This document shows, piece by piece, positions 1 through 24,830 of a DNA stretch of 64,000 bases. The translations under genes were made by a program, and so were the position numbers. The stretch is from Felis catus (Eukaryota): assembly GCF_018350175.1 (NCBI RefSeq), contig NC_058368.1, forward strand, positions 91,142,001 through 91,206,000, in the 5' to 3' direction. Under the pieces are notes generated by a model. That model was not told the DNA's origin and did not search any database. It worked only from the letters and a program-made list of their open reading frames with translations. Position 1 is the first letter of the stretch. Every line of letters starts with the position of its first letter.

Positions 1-609
1 TCACAGGACTGTGTGCCCGCAGAGTTTACAGAGTGATTTGCTTTTCAGGTAAATGGCCTGGAAAGCAGAAAAGAAACAACACAAAAGTTTCCACAACGAC
101 CAAGTACAGAATTTTCTTTGAAACTATTAAAAAACACATTTTAGCAACAATGAGGTAGTACAGGTCACCTGCTTACATTTCTTCCCCAAAACATTCTTCT
201 GAGCATAACTGGCTTCCATAACACTTAAATGCAGTTTCAAAAAAATAGATTCCTCCATTAATCTAAAGTCTGGATTTTATGGCTGCACTTCAACATAAAT
301 CAACATGCTTCCCTGTGACCCTTGCGAAAGCTGGGGGGGCTCTCGTCACAATATCCCCAGGAAGAAGAGAAAAGAACTTTACAAACTCTCTACTTGAAAA
401 GCTATGGGGGGGGGGGGGGGATAACATTTTATAGAGGCTTTCCTAATATACCTAAGGTTACCTGCATCATGAAGTCTCGTTTGAGGAGGTCTAAATTCTG
501 AAGTTTAACTCACAATCAACTACCCTTCATCACTTTCTGCCCAGGATGAAGTTTTTGAAATTTAGCATGAAATGAACTTCAGTTGGAAGATTTTCCACAT
601 GCGTTTTAT

Positions 610-12643
<12,034 letters not shown>

Positions 12644-13559
12644 TTCTCCCTCCCTGCCGCCCCTCCTGGAGAAGGCACCTGAAATGGAGAAAGAAACAGT
12701 GAGGTCTCTCCATCCTGTCTATACTCCCACCCTCCTTACGCCTGACTAAATTAGAAATCTCCATACACCGAGCACCCTACAGAGAGAAGCCAGAGGGAAC
12801 AAGTAAGCCCAAGCATTCCTGAGTTAGAGGGTCCGTGAGCGTGGCCACCAAAACCAGGAGAGGCAGCAAGCATACTTCCAGCACATGAACAGAGTAAAGG
12901 GCAGTCATGCCGGGCTCCCTGAGATGTTCATTTAATGAGAAATAACATAAATATTCCCCACATCTGCATTTAAATATTTTGGGGCTGTACTACAATAATG
13001 TAATCATAATAAATATATTGTATCTAATGTAACATACAACTATACATCATGCACAACAAAGTACAATAATATAATAATTCTTCACATAACATTTGAAGGA
13101 AATTGGAGTCCTTTTCAGGAAGAACCAAGCAAAAATTAGTCCTCTCTTCTCTTCCTTGGGAACTGTGCTTCCTTTATGAAGAGTTATCAAACCTCCTCAA
13201 ATATAAATGAAAACATTACCCATCCACCTTCCTCTCCCGGCTCCAAAACACCACAAGGCTCGAAAGAAAGAGCATCACTAGCTACAAATGAATTTAAAAT
13301 TTAGAGAAAAGGGAAGGAACTCAGCAAAAGGTCAAAATTAATCTAAACAACAACGAAAAAGGGAACAGTCAAATCACCAGAGGATTCCCTCTAGGAAAAG
13401 TGCCAAACAAGCATAGATGGCAAAAAGTGATAAACACAAAATAAAGTTTAAACTCGGGGTGAGATGGGGGCGGGGGAGACCGAGGCCAGCGCTACCAGCA
13501 AAACCAGCCCCAGGGTTCACGGACTCTGAAACAGAGCACAGCTTCCCGCAATCTCGGTT

Positions 13560-14060
13560 CTGGGGCCACTTCTCCAGGAGCCTTGCCCGAGGCTGCAGCT
13601 CAGGCAGTGACAGCTTCGATTTCCCGGGGTGGGAAGACACGAGCGTGGAGACCTCTCCCCGGGCAACGCCTCCTCTCCGGGCCGCGTTCACCTGCCGAGG
13701 CCGCCGCGGCTCAGACGCCCGGAGCCGGGGCTCGTCTGGGACTCCCGCCACGGCCGGCCCTCAGCCCTGGCCCCGCCTCAAGAGCTGTACACCCCGGGCT
13801 AGCTCTCACCCGCAGCCACTACCTGAGCCCGCCGCGACGGGGACTCCAAGCGGCCGACCGCACTGGAGACAAGCAGAATACCTAGCCTGGGGACATTTTT
13901 CGCCGCCGCCGCCAGGCCGCCGGGCACAATCGCGCCTGCGCAGGAGAGAGCAAAGGGGTACCTCGCCTTAACCGCAGTGCTTTCCTTTCGAACTATATTT
14001 CCCAGACGTCATCGCAGCCTGCCGGTCTACGGTGTCCGGAAAGGACCAATAGTCGTAAGG
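13560..14060 (-). promoter_or_regulatory. ZNF879: CpG-island promoter and non-coding exon 1 of ZNF879
   Basis: CpG-dense. NRF1-like GCGCCTGCGCA 13932-13942; ZNF143-like AACTATATTTCCCAGA 13991-14006; CRE-like GACGTCA; CCAAT at 14046. Candidate minus-strand donor GCGG|gtgaga at 13810/13809; other donors are possible. Confidence 0.75.
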
Positions 14061-14949
14061 CTGAAGATAGTTTTTCTGGGAGCCTACGAAGGCTGAAGCC
14101 ACATCTTTCTGCATCGCTAACCTCTTGTGTTCTCTAGTACCCTTTTGGGAAAAAGTGGGTATGTATTTTAAAAATGTGGAAAATTAGCCGCTCGCTGCTG
14201 CTTGTTCTTGGTTCCTGGAATGCAAAGATTTGGTTAGAGGCGAGGGTAACTTTATTACCATACAGTTTGCAAACCCGGGAGTCTCAGTCTTGGTCTACAA
14301 ACTGAAAGTACTCTCCAAGTTCTCTGCCCTTATCAAGGCTGGTCAGACCCAGGTCCCAAACTGCCACTTCAGGAGCAGAGTGACAAGCAGGATACAACTC
14401 TCTTTTCTGAGCAGCTTCAGGATGTGGCAGCCCGTTGAAGAACATGATAAGATACGTGGCAGGGGTCTTTCCTGCGAATATTGCTGAATTTTGTACAGCC
14501 TTGTCGCCTCAGGCTGTGCCCACTGGTTTTATTTCTCTTCATCATTCGGCCTGACTGAAAGTCTAGTTTTTTTCCCTGAAAATGAGGGACCCCATCTTGT
14601 CTGTTAGCTGTCGCTGTGTAATTATTGGGGTCTGTTCTTAACTGTGAAAATCCATTTTACAAACTTTTGAATTTTAAAAAAGTTATGTCTAAATTTCACA
14701 ACCTAAAAAACATTTTTTTCAGTTTTTTTAAGTATTTATTTTTGAGAGAGAGAGAGAGAGAGAGAGAGAATGTGAGTGGAGGAGGGGCAGGGAGAGAGAG
14801 ACACAGAATCTGAAGCAGGCTCCAGGCTCTGAGCTGTCAGCACAGAGCCCGATGTGGGGCTCAAACCCACAAGCTGTGAAATCATTACCTGAGCCAAAGT
14901 CGGATGCTTAACCGACTGAGCCACCCAGGTGCCCTGGTTCTTGTCTTTT

Positions 14950-16170
14950 TCAAGGGAATGACACAGATACCAGTTAACTTCAGACATAAATGTTTTTAAA
15001 TGCTTAAATATATGTGTTAAATATTTAATAGAGACTACCAGACAAATAGAAACATGATATATGACTTCCTAACTAGCCACAGAGTAATCTTAAACTGTAT
15101 TCGTTTAAGTCAATATTCTTTTTTAAATGTAAATTATTTGATTTATTTTTGTAATCAGATCCTCACAAAGTTGTCTTTTCACTGTCTTGTTAACATGAAA
15201 TTGTACACAAAAGTTGATCACCTGGGGAACAATAATTGTATATTCAGTTTAACAGAAATATAGTTGGATAGTTGTCTTAAAATGTAAGATTTTGTCTGTT
15301 ACATTGTCTTTCACCATGCAATCATATTATAAAATGTTTTAATTTCAAAATGAAAAATAACTTGTGTTGTTGGAAAAAGCAAAGTGATCTACAATATGTC
15401 TTCCCTGCAAGAGGGAATTTAGATTTACAATTAAGGGGAAAATCTGTATCAGACTTCTTCAGGAGAGTCGTCAGCATACCTTATCCAGCCCTTACTCACA
15501 ATCCTGTATATAGCTTTGCAGAGACCTGGTAAGTATCTCTCCCGGGCAACCACACTTTCCACATCATGAAAGTACAGGTTCTCACATAATACATGATGAT
15601 AGAAAATGAAATACAGTAAAGTAGATTTCTGAATTTCAGTTCTGAGTCTCCTTGTCAATACCAGTAGATAAGTGTGTGGGCAGTAACACTACTCCAAGAG
15701 ATACGGCAAAAAATGTACTTGACGGTTTGGAAGTTAAGCAGCCAACAGCTAAAGTGGTGATTCTATCTTTGGCCAATGTCTCTCTAAACAGAGGTCTGTG
15801 GTCTGGGCCACTGGTGCCTTGGGTCCTGGTAGAAAAGCCCTCCTTTTGGTGGGTGTTTTCACTCTCCCCAAGACACTCAATGCTGAGCCAGCATTATCTC
15901 CCAAGGTGTCAGGTCCCAGACTCAAAAAACCGAAAGTTCACTGGGCCCGAAGGTTCGGGCAGTGCTGGTGAGTGGGGCTCATACCCTGGGGAACAAAGTG
16001 GCTTCGTGCAAGCCCCGCTTTCCTCCCCACCTAGAGCATCCTGGCACCCTGGGTCTACATCTCCACTCAGAGCAGAGGCTGGTGCCGAGGCTTGGGACAC
16101 AGGCTAGATGCGTGGGGAAGGAAGAAACTTCCTGAGCTGGCTGACAGAGAGCAGGGCTGGGGGTCCCATT
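14950..16170 (-). pseudogene. TMEM243: Processed (intronless) pseudogene of TMEM243; CDS relic ~15551..15845 with UTR relics on both sides
   Basis: Minus strand reads (AAG for ATG) EGFSTRTQGTSGPDHRPLFRETLAKDRITTLAVGCLTS-[deletion]-KPSSTFFAV /fs/ ISWSSVTAHTLIYWY*QGDSELKFRNLLYCISFSIIM /fs/ LCENLYFHDVES, colinear with recalled TMEM243 (MEDFATRTYGTSGLDNRPLFGETSAKDRII...LIYWYRQGDLEPKFRKLIYYIIFSIIMLCICANLYFHDVGR). Outer ends approximate. Confidence 0.88.
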
Positions 16171-16513
16171 CCGCTATCCTGACCAGGGCCTGCAGCCACA
16201 CAACAATCTAATTAAGAATTTAAAAAACACCAGGGCGCCTGGGTGGCTCAGCAAGTTAAATGTCTGACTTTGGCTCAGGGCATGATCTTGCAGTTGGCAA
16301 GTTCGAGCTCCACATTGGGCTCTGTGCTGACAGTCGGAGCCTGGAGGCTTCTTCGGGTTTTGTGCCTCCCTCTCTCTCTCTGCCCCTCCCCTGCTCACAC
16401 TCTGTCTCTCTCCCTCAAAATAAATAAACATTTAAAAAAAAGAATTAAAAAACATTATTTCAAAAAAGTTAAGTGGAAAAACCTGTTGTCTAACATATGA
16501 ATTGAAAATAACA

Positions 16514-16731
16514 GGGGGTGCCTGGGTGGCGCAGTCGGTTGAGTGTCCGACTTCAGCCAGGTCACAATCTCCCGTCCCTGAGTTCGAGCCCCGCGTTGGG
16601 CTCTGGGCTGATGGCTCGGAGCCTGGAGCCTGTTTCCGATTCTGTGTCTCCCTCTCTCTCTCTGCCCCTCCCCCGTTCATGCTGTCTCTCTCTGTCCCAA
16701 AAATAAATAAACGTTGAAAAAAAAAAAGAAA
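16514..16731 (+). mobile_element. Young felid CanSINE
   Basis: Same subfamily; TSD gaaaataaca. Confidence 0.9.
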
Positions 16732-17299
16732 GAAAATAACAAGAGTCACATTGTGGTTCTTCCCTGCCCTCCCCTCCCCCCCCCCCAATTTTTTTTTCCT
16801 ATCTCTATCTACTGCAAGGCCTAGAATAACAATCCAATGGCAATAAAATAAATTATGGTCTCTAAATTAGCATTTAATGGGAAAGGGTTCCTTTAGAGAA
16901 ACAGCTGATTACAAGGACAAGGCAGGGAATACCCAAGGGAAGTTTGGTGCCTGAAAACAGGGAAGCTATCTGAGATTATTGGGTCATATCAGAAGGACAC
17001 AAGAGCCAACCTTGCAGGGATTCTGCTGGACAAAGTGGAACAATTTGAAGATCAAAAAGGGTAAAAACTTCAGTGGATTGAAATGCATCCAGTGCTGTAA
17101 AAATCTGCACTTCTGCTTCTGGCTAAGACACAGCAAAAAAGACTGGACTTACCCTTCTGCCTGAAAAAAAAAAAAACAGCAACAATAACAAACACAGGCA
17201 AAACATATGAAATAATATTTTCTAGACACAAGACAGGAGGTGACAAAGGACATTGGTACAATTGTCTAAGCTTACTGCTTTGATGGTTTTCAGGTCAAG

Positions 17300-18330
17300 G
17301 CACAAAAAAGGCATTTGCAAAATCCAATATCCATTCCTGATTTAAAACTCTTCGTCAAACTAAAAATACAATGGTGCTTTTTCATCTGTTGGCAGTAGGC
17401 TATTTAGTGGTAGGTTTTACAGTTAATATCCTACTTGGTGGTAAAAGTGGAAATGTTTTTTCCTCTAAGATCAGGAAAAATGCAGGGATGTTCGCTTCTA
17501 TTCATTATTTTAGTGAAGATGCTAGTCTGTGCTATAAGGCAAGAAAAAGAAAGAAAAACACCTAGATTGGTAAGGAAGAAGTACAACTACCTTTATTTGC
17601 AACCAACACAATCTTCTATTAGGGAAATCTTTTTTTTTAATGATTTTATTTTTAATCTCTACATCCAACATGGGGCTTAAACTTACAATTCCAAGATCGA
17701 GAGTCAGTAGTATGCTCTACTGGCTGAGCCACCCAGGTGCCCCTTGTGTGTTCCTTTAAATATAGTATACAAGAAAAGGCAAAACTGTAAGGGACAGAAG
17801 TCAAATCAGTTGCTCCCTCATGTAGGGAGTAGTAGGAGGAAAGGAATGACTGTAAAGAAGCACAAGAAAACTTTTTATGGTGATGTGAATGTTCTATAGC
17901 TTTTTTTTTAAGTTTATTTTGAGAGAGAGAGAGCATGAGTGGGGTAGGAGCAGAGAAAGAGAGTGAGAGAATTCCAAGCAGGCTCCACGCTATCAACGCA
18001 GAGCTGATGCAGCACTCAAACTCATGAACCACGAGATCATCACAGAGTTGGAGGCTTAACTGACTGAGCCACCCAGGCACCCCTATTTTTCTAATAGTGA
18101 CGTGATTATGTACTTGCCAAAAATCAACAAACTGTATATCTAAAAAGGGTGTATTTTACTATAGGTAACTTGTGCTTCAAAAAACCTGAATTTCAGAAAA
18201 AGAACACCTGGGAAAAAACCAATTAATGTAATCACCCATCTTAAAAGATCCAAGGGGAAAAAAATCACAAAGTCCTATACATAGATGCAAAAGTGTCATG
18301 GAATTCAACATTCATTCACAATAAAAATTT
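17300..18330 (+). mobile_element. Old L1 fragments (ORF2 RT-region pieces at ~17300-17605 and ~18215-18330, 3' UTR piece between), split by SINEs
   Basis: aaggcatttg-caaaatccaatatccattcctgat (KAF.KIQYPFLI), taagatcagga...gggatg, ataaggcaagaaaaagaaa. Confidence 0.7.
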
Positions 18331-18589
18331 GCAGGGACACCTCAGTCTGTTGAGTTTCCAACTTTGGCTCAGGTCATGATCTCACAGTTCTTGAATTCAA
18401 GCCCCATGTTGGGGTCTGTGCTGACAGTTTGCTCAGAGACTGGAGCCTGCTTCGGATTCTGTGTCTCCCTCTCTCTCTCTTTCTCTCTGCCCCTCCCCCA
18501 CTTGCTCTCTGTCTCTCTCTCTTTCTCAAAAATAAACATCAAAAAAATTAAAAAAAAAAAAAACATTAGACAAAGTCAGCCATTACCCC

Positions 18590-20718
18590 CACAACTATTT
18601 TTCTGGCTGAAAGATCTTATAAGAAATAAGTTATTTGGTTAGTACACTCAGGTGCAATAAAAGTTTTGTATTTAATGTTGATAACCAAAAGACATACCTG
18701 TTTTGAATAAACCAACAAACTGAAACTAGCCTTAACACCAAATATTTTTCCCAGATCACGTGAACCTGAAATTCCTGTGCATTAGTTTCTATTATATTTT
18801 TGAGAGTTTTTTTATGACTAGTAAGTTCATGTCAGTGGTTATGTATTTAAATCATTAAAAGACAAGTCTAATACAAATTAACTTTAAAATATCATCTAGA
18901 GGTAGAAAATACCGCACATCTACAACACACATATAGAGACACACATAAACATGCAGACAGACATAAACAGAGATTTTCGAGCTTCTGTTTTACTGGTTAT
19001 AAAAGAAGTTGGATCTCAGTTGTTTTTCTGGCAGATGGAATAAGTCAAAGCCACCTGCTCAGATGGCTAAAGCTCTTTCAAATGAATTTCCCCGTTTATT
19101 TTTTTTCCGATAAGAATTACCTTCCCAAAGTTTGTGCTTTGATCTTTACCTCTTAAGGGCACAGGGAAAGAATGCAAGTTACAAGCCTATTAAGATAAAT
19201 AGGGGAGGTTTGGGGATGGGTACAAAAGGATAGGTGAGCTTTGAACTGCCTCTGGAGCCGCATCTCCAGCTTTGCAAGGATCTGTGAGGTAAAAACAGTT
19301 GCTTTTGGGGCCCCTGGGTGGTTCAGTCGGTTAAGTGTCTGACAGCTCTCGGTTAGTGAGTTCAAGCCCCACGTTGGACTCTGTGCTGACAGTGCAGAGC
19401 CTGCTTGGGATTCTCTCTCTTCCTCTCTCTCCCTGCGCCTTCCCTATTCTCTCTCTCTCTCAAAATAATAAATAAACCTTTTTAAAAAACTAAAAGAAAA
19501 AACAGTTGCTCTCAACTCCCCCCAAGAATTGCCTTGTAGCCTAAATGACGTCATAAGTTGACTCACCCACTCAATTGCATTATTTTCTATTTACTTAGGG
19601 GGAAAGTCCTAAAAAGATTTCTATCGGGCTTTGAGTGTCAGCTTCCAATGTGGCCAAATTTCTGATCATAGAGTTATTAAGTCCTTTTAAGTACCTTGTC
19701 AGGTTTCAGCTTGGACAAGCAGTAAATATTGCTGGCAGCCTTCAACAACCCCATGGACCCAGGAGGCATCCTCAAAGAGGGTGCAAAAGATATTATCTTC
19801 GCAAGATCCAGAGCCATTCACAAAGATCAATAACCAGTGCCCTGGATTTGGAAAGGTAAAGGACAATGTGAAATTTTATTTGTTTCTCCCTATTGGGTAC
19901 TACAGACAGATCTAGGACAGCTGATTCTGGTACAAATCCTCACCCGTAGCTGGCTTCTGCCAGTTTTCCCAGGACCCCAACTGTTGGCTCTGAGTGGGGT
20001 TTAAAGTAGAGGATGTGGGGTGTCTGGGTGGTTCAGTCGGTTAAGCCTCGGGCTCTTGATCTCAGCTCAGGTCATGATCTTGAAGGTCATGAGATCAAAC
20101 CCAGTGTCGGGCTCCATGATAACAGCATAGAACTGCTTGGGATTCTCTCTCTCCCTCTCTCTCTGCCCCTCCCCACTTGCTTTCAATCTCTCTCAAAACA
20201 AATAAAATTTAAAAAATAGTTAAAAAAAAATAGAGGATGTAACTCGGCAGAGTTTACTAGAATTGGGAAAAACATTTCATTGATTTTAATTTTATTTTTT
20301 CCTTGGATGTTTAAGGGAATAACATAGCAGTAGGCCAGAAAAATCTCTGAGTCCTATCATCTCTGAGAGGGACCCATACAGGGGCCATCCTTTGGAGATG
20401 GATATGGGGATGTCCATAAGGCCACTAACTTGGTGGACTTTTGTTTATGGTCTTATAAAGGCAATTCAGACTGAAGATGACTAGAATTGAGTACTCACCT
20501 AAAGGAGGGTGAAGGTGAGCCATAGGAGTCTTGTGGTTTAGGTCTTTTGTTTTAGGGATGTCTTATATCTTCAATGTTTCATTAGCCTTTGGCAAGAAAT
20601 CTTTTAATGAAGCTACATAGGAATTTTGAAGCCCTTTGGAGCCTTCTGCTTACCAATTAAAATAGTCATCCCATTCTGTTTGTTGATTCGGGAACCCTTG
20701 CTTTCAAGCACATTTCAT

Positions 20719-20757
<39 letters not shown>

Positions 20758-21430
20758 TTTTGAGAGAGAGAGAGAAGGCAGGGTAGGGGCAGAGGGACAG
20801 AGAGTTAGAGAATCCCAAGCAGGCTCTATGCCCAGTGCAGAGATTGACACAGGGCTTGATCTCACAACTGTGAGATCATGGCCTGAGCCAAAATCAAGAG
20901 TGTGATGCTCAACCTACTGAGCCACCCAGGCGCCCCTCAAGTGCATTTCTTAAAATGAACTTATCAGGTTGAACATTCCTCATAAAGCCCATTGTCATTC
21001 TAGGTTGTAATTTTCCCCGAGGGCTGGCAGCAGTTTGGTGGGACCCTTAGCCACAAACTTAGTTCAACCCATGTTTCTGTCTAGTCATATTTTGGGATTC
21101 CCCACTTTGACAGCTACCAAGCCAGGTTCTTGGAACACAAAATTCTGGGTTTTCTTTAGTAAGATTTTTGGCCATTTTTATAGATATATAGAGCTTGTGG
21201 GACCTTAGTTCTTAAGCAGGTGTCCTGGAAGGTGGCATGCTTAACTCTTTAGAATTTTAAGGATCCCATTTCTTTGACTAAGCCTTTGGGTCTCTCAGAG
21301 CCAAACTGATACCTAAGAGGGAGGTGGCGTAGGGTAAAAGATTGTGTGGTAGTTATCAATGTACCTCATCACACGGAAATTTCTTGAGGTTGGTGGGTGA
21401 CCTAGTCTTCCTCTAACCCATTCCAAGAAA
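18590..21430 (-). mobile_element. Degraded ERV1-class internal sequence
   Basis: Gag-matrix-like minus-strand piece near 21200-21100 (ggtcccacaagctctatatatctataaaaaatggccaaaaatcttactaaagaaaac); overall texture of MER4-group internal sequence. Not family-resolved. Confidence 0.45.
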
Positions 21431-22272
21431 CAGTAATATTGCTACCATAGCCAGGATTTAAGCCCAGGAATCAAGGGGTAGAAACAGAGGCATCTTTCAC
21501 TAATACCCCTAGTGACCCACCAGCAAAATTTTTGCCTCCTGTTCCCACAACCACATGTTCTGCTGGCCCAGAGGTCTTAGTTCCAGAGAGTGGGAGGCTT
21601 CCACCTGGAGACATAGCAATAATTCCACTGAACTATGGCCACTTTGGAATCCTCATGCCTCTGAATCAACAGAAAGTCACCATGCTGGCTGAGGTGATTG
21701 ATCCTGAGTACCTCAGGGAAAATGGACAGCTGCTCCACAGTGGAGAAGAGGAGGACTACATTTGGAATACAGGTGACCCCTTAGGATGTCTTTAGTATTG
21801 CCATGCCCTGTGATTAAAGTCAATGGAAAACTACAACAACCCAGTTCAAACAGAACTGCTAATGGCTTTTAGTATTTATGTGACAGGATATTAAGGAGAA
21901 GCATAAACATCACTCAAAAACATTACCTCCTTGGGGCGCCTGGGTGGCTCAGCTGGTTGAGTCCCCAGTTCTTGATTTCAACTCAGGTCATGGTCCCAGG
22001 GTCGTGGGATTGACTCCCAAGTTGGGCTCTGCACTGAGCATAGAGCCTGCTTGGAATTCTCTCTCTCCCTCTTACCCTCTGCTCCTTTCCTCTGCTCACA
22101 CTTTTTCTCACTGTAAAACAACAAAATAAATAAACAAGTACACTGGGGCACCCGGATGGCTCAGTCAGTTAAGTGTCCAACTCTTCAATTTGGCTCAGGT
22201 CAGGATCTCACGGTTTGTGAAATGGAGCCCTGCGTCAGGCTCTGTACTGTCAACACAGAGCCTGCTTGGGAT

Positions 22273-22303
<31 letters not shown>

Positions 22304-23169
22304 GCCCCTCCTCCACTCATGCTCTCTCCCCCCTCTCTCAAAAATAAATAAATATGGGCACCTGGGTGGCTCAGCTGGTTAAGCATCTGACTTTGGCTCA
22401 GATCACGATCTTGTAGTTCATGAGTTCGAACCCTGCATTGGGCTCTATGCTGACAGTGAAGAGCCTACTTGGGATTCTATCTCTCTCTCTGCCCCTCCCC
22501 CACTTGTGCACGCTCTCAAAATAATAAATAAACCTTAAAAAAATTACTACATCAACAAATAATATCACATGAGGCCCCTGTCATTGTCCCTAAAAAAAAA
22601 ATAAATAAATAAACAAACACACTTTTTTTTTAAATAAAAAAACTATTACCTCCTCTTCTGGGGAAGGGGTTAGGGAGTTTTTGGTTACATACAGGATAGT
22701 TGTATCATGTTAGGTGGAAGTATGACCTTGTTATTGCCTTTATATAGAGCTTAAGTATGGCTTAGGGTGACGCATATTGGTACCAAGTAGACAAGGGGTG
22801 ATGTTGGTGATGTTTAATTTTGTATGTCAACTTAACTAGGCCACAGGGTGCCCAGATATCTGCTCAAACATTATTCTGAGTATGTCTGTGAAAGTGTCTC
22901 CATATGAGATTCACATTTGAACTGGTAGACTGAGTAAAGCAGATTGCCCTCCATAATGTAGGTGGGCCTCATCCAATCAGTTGAAGGCCTGTAGAGAACA
23001 AAAAGGTTGACCCTCCCAGGAGGGAGCTTCTGACTTCCTTGAGCTGGGACATTGGTCTTTTGCTGTTGGACTTGAATTGAAACATCAGCTCTTTTTGGAT
23101 CTTAAGCCTCCTGGCTTTCTGTCTGGAACTCATGCCATGGGCGCTACAAGTTCTGAGACCTCAGACTAC

Positions 23170-23216
<47 letters not shown>

Positions 23217-23244
23217 TGTTTCTCTGCAGGACACCAAATAATAC
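21430..23244 (+). mobile_element. ERV-L 3' internal region (dUTPase relic) plus MLT2 LTR (~22806-23244)
   Basis: ORF 21532..21795 SAGPEVLVPESGRLPPGD...GHFGILMPLNQQK.VTMLAEVIDPEY is ERV-L dUTPase-like; polypurine tract aaggggtg, then LTR ttaattttgtatgtcaacttaactagg...ggtagactgagtaaagcagattgccctcc...taataca. Confidence 0.85.
23175..23213. repeat. (TA)n microsatellite in the MLT2 LTR, ~240 bp from the enhancer
   Basis: Direct reading. Confidence 0.9.
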
Positions 23245-23249
23245 AGTAG

Positions 23250-23790
23250 TTAATCATATCTGCAAATGATGAGTGTATTTTTAATTCAGTCATGCTTGTT
23301 TTTTCTTGCACTGACTAATGCCCCTTAGAGGGAATGATAATTGGAATTACTATCTTGTTCTGATTTTAAAAGAAATCAGTACCCAAAATGACTCATCACC
23401 AAGTACAATATTTTCTGTTGGCTTTTGTTAGCTAGTTTCTTCAGGCTAAAGAAGATCCCTAGATTACTAAGTTTTTAAAATCATGAATGAATATTGGATG
23501 TTATCAAATGCTTTCTCTGCATCCATTTAGATAATCCTGGTTTTTTTTCTTTAATCTGTTAATGCAGTGAATTACGTTAATAAATTTTAAGTCATTAATC
23601 TGCTAACGTGCCTTTTTGGGACAAACCAGACATGCTTATGATGTTTTTAAGTATTTCAGTTCACAAATGTTTTGACTAGGATTTTGGTGTCTATGCAAAA
23701 GTTTTAGTTTGGCTGAAAATTGTATTTCTTGTTCTAGCTATGTTTTTTAGCCTCATAAAATGAAAAGCTTTTCTTTTTTCTGCTCTGACA
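23250..23790 (-). mobile_element. Ancient LINE-1 (L1M-type) ORF2 reverse-transcriptase fragment that contains the enhancer
   Basis: Minus strand 23581->23470 translates INVIHCINRLKKKN /fs/ RII*MDAEKAFDNIQYSFMILKT, matching L1 ORF2 [32 protein letters not shown].KT. Flanks continue the L1-like sequence. Confidence 0.85.
23454..23640. promoter_or_regulatory. GRM6: Orthologue of the ~200-bp Grm6 ON-bipolar-cell enhancer
   Basis: ...aaaatcatgaatgaa...gcatccatttagataatcc...ctttaatctgttaatgcagtgaattac...ttaatctgctaa... closely matches my recollection of the mouse 200-bp Grm6 enhancer. About 6.3 kb upstream of the ATG. K50 homeodomain (OTX2/CRX-type) sites TAATCC 23532, TAATCT 23552 and 23596. Confidence 0.8.
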
Positions 23791-24754
23791 ATTTTTTGTG
23801 AAGAAATGCGTTCTGCTACAACACATGATTTTGTATTGCAGATCAACGCAGTGTTATTTTTTTTCCATGTTTACTTATTCATTTGGAGAGAGACAGCATG
23901 CACAAGAGCACAAGAGCACAAGAGCGGGGCAGGGGCAGAGAGAGAGGGAGAGAGAATCCCAATAATTTGTCAGCACAGAGCCTGATATGGGGCTCGAACT
24001 CATGAACCATGAGATCATGACCTGAGCTGAAATCAAGAGTCAGACGCTTAACCGACTGAGCCACCCAGACTCCCTATGGCCCACAGACTGGCTCACCCCC
24101 TATGGAAAGTTTCTTGGTTCATCTGAGATTTTCCCCCCAGAACATTAATATTTTATACTTCAGGTAAGAGGATCTGAATGCAGGTAAACCAACAGAGCTG
24201 AGAGCAGTCCACCTGGGAACAGGACTGATCCTGACACCACTGTCTCTCTCAGCTCAGTGTGACCACCTGCTCTCACTCTGAAATGCTTTTGTGTGGTCTT
24301 CAAAACTCAGTGACATGAACCCTTCATCATATTCCCTTTATCCAAGGTTCTTGCCCCTTTTTATTTAATATTTATTTTTGGGAGAGCACAAGTGAGGGAG
24401 GGGCAGAGAGAGAGGGGACTGAGGATCTGAAGCAGGCTTCTCACTGACAGGCTGACAGCACAGAGCCTGATGTGGGACTTGAACCCATGAACCATGAGAT
24501 CATGACCTGAGCCAAAGTTGAACACTTAACCAACTGAGCCACCCAGGCGCCCTGCACCTTTCTTTTTTTTTTTTTTAATTTTTTTCTGTATCTCCCTCTT
24601 TCTTCCCCTCCCCCACTCACACTCTGTCTCTCTCTCTCAAAAATGAATAAACATTAAAAAAATTTTTAATAAAAAAATAAAAGTGAAATATGAAATTATC
24701 ATATGATCCAACAATTCTACTGTTAGGTATATGCCCAAGAAAACTGAAATATAT

Positions 24755-24790
24755 TGTATTAGTCAGGGTTCTCCACAAAAACAGAACCAA

Positions 24791-24830
<40 letters not shown>

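Noticed and set aside
13374..13971. ORFs of 100-184 aa in the ZNF879 CpG island
   Set aside because: Low-complexity Arg/Pro/Gly translations typical of CpG islands.
15652..16107. 151-aa plus-strand ORF
   Set aside because: Antisense of the TMEM243 retrocopy, non-ATG start, no independent support.
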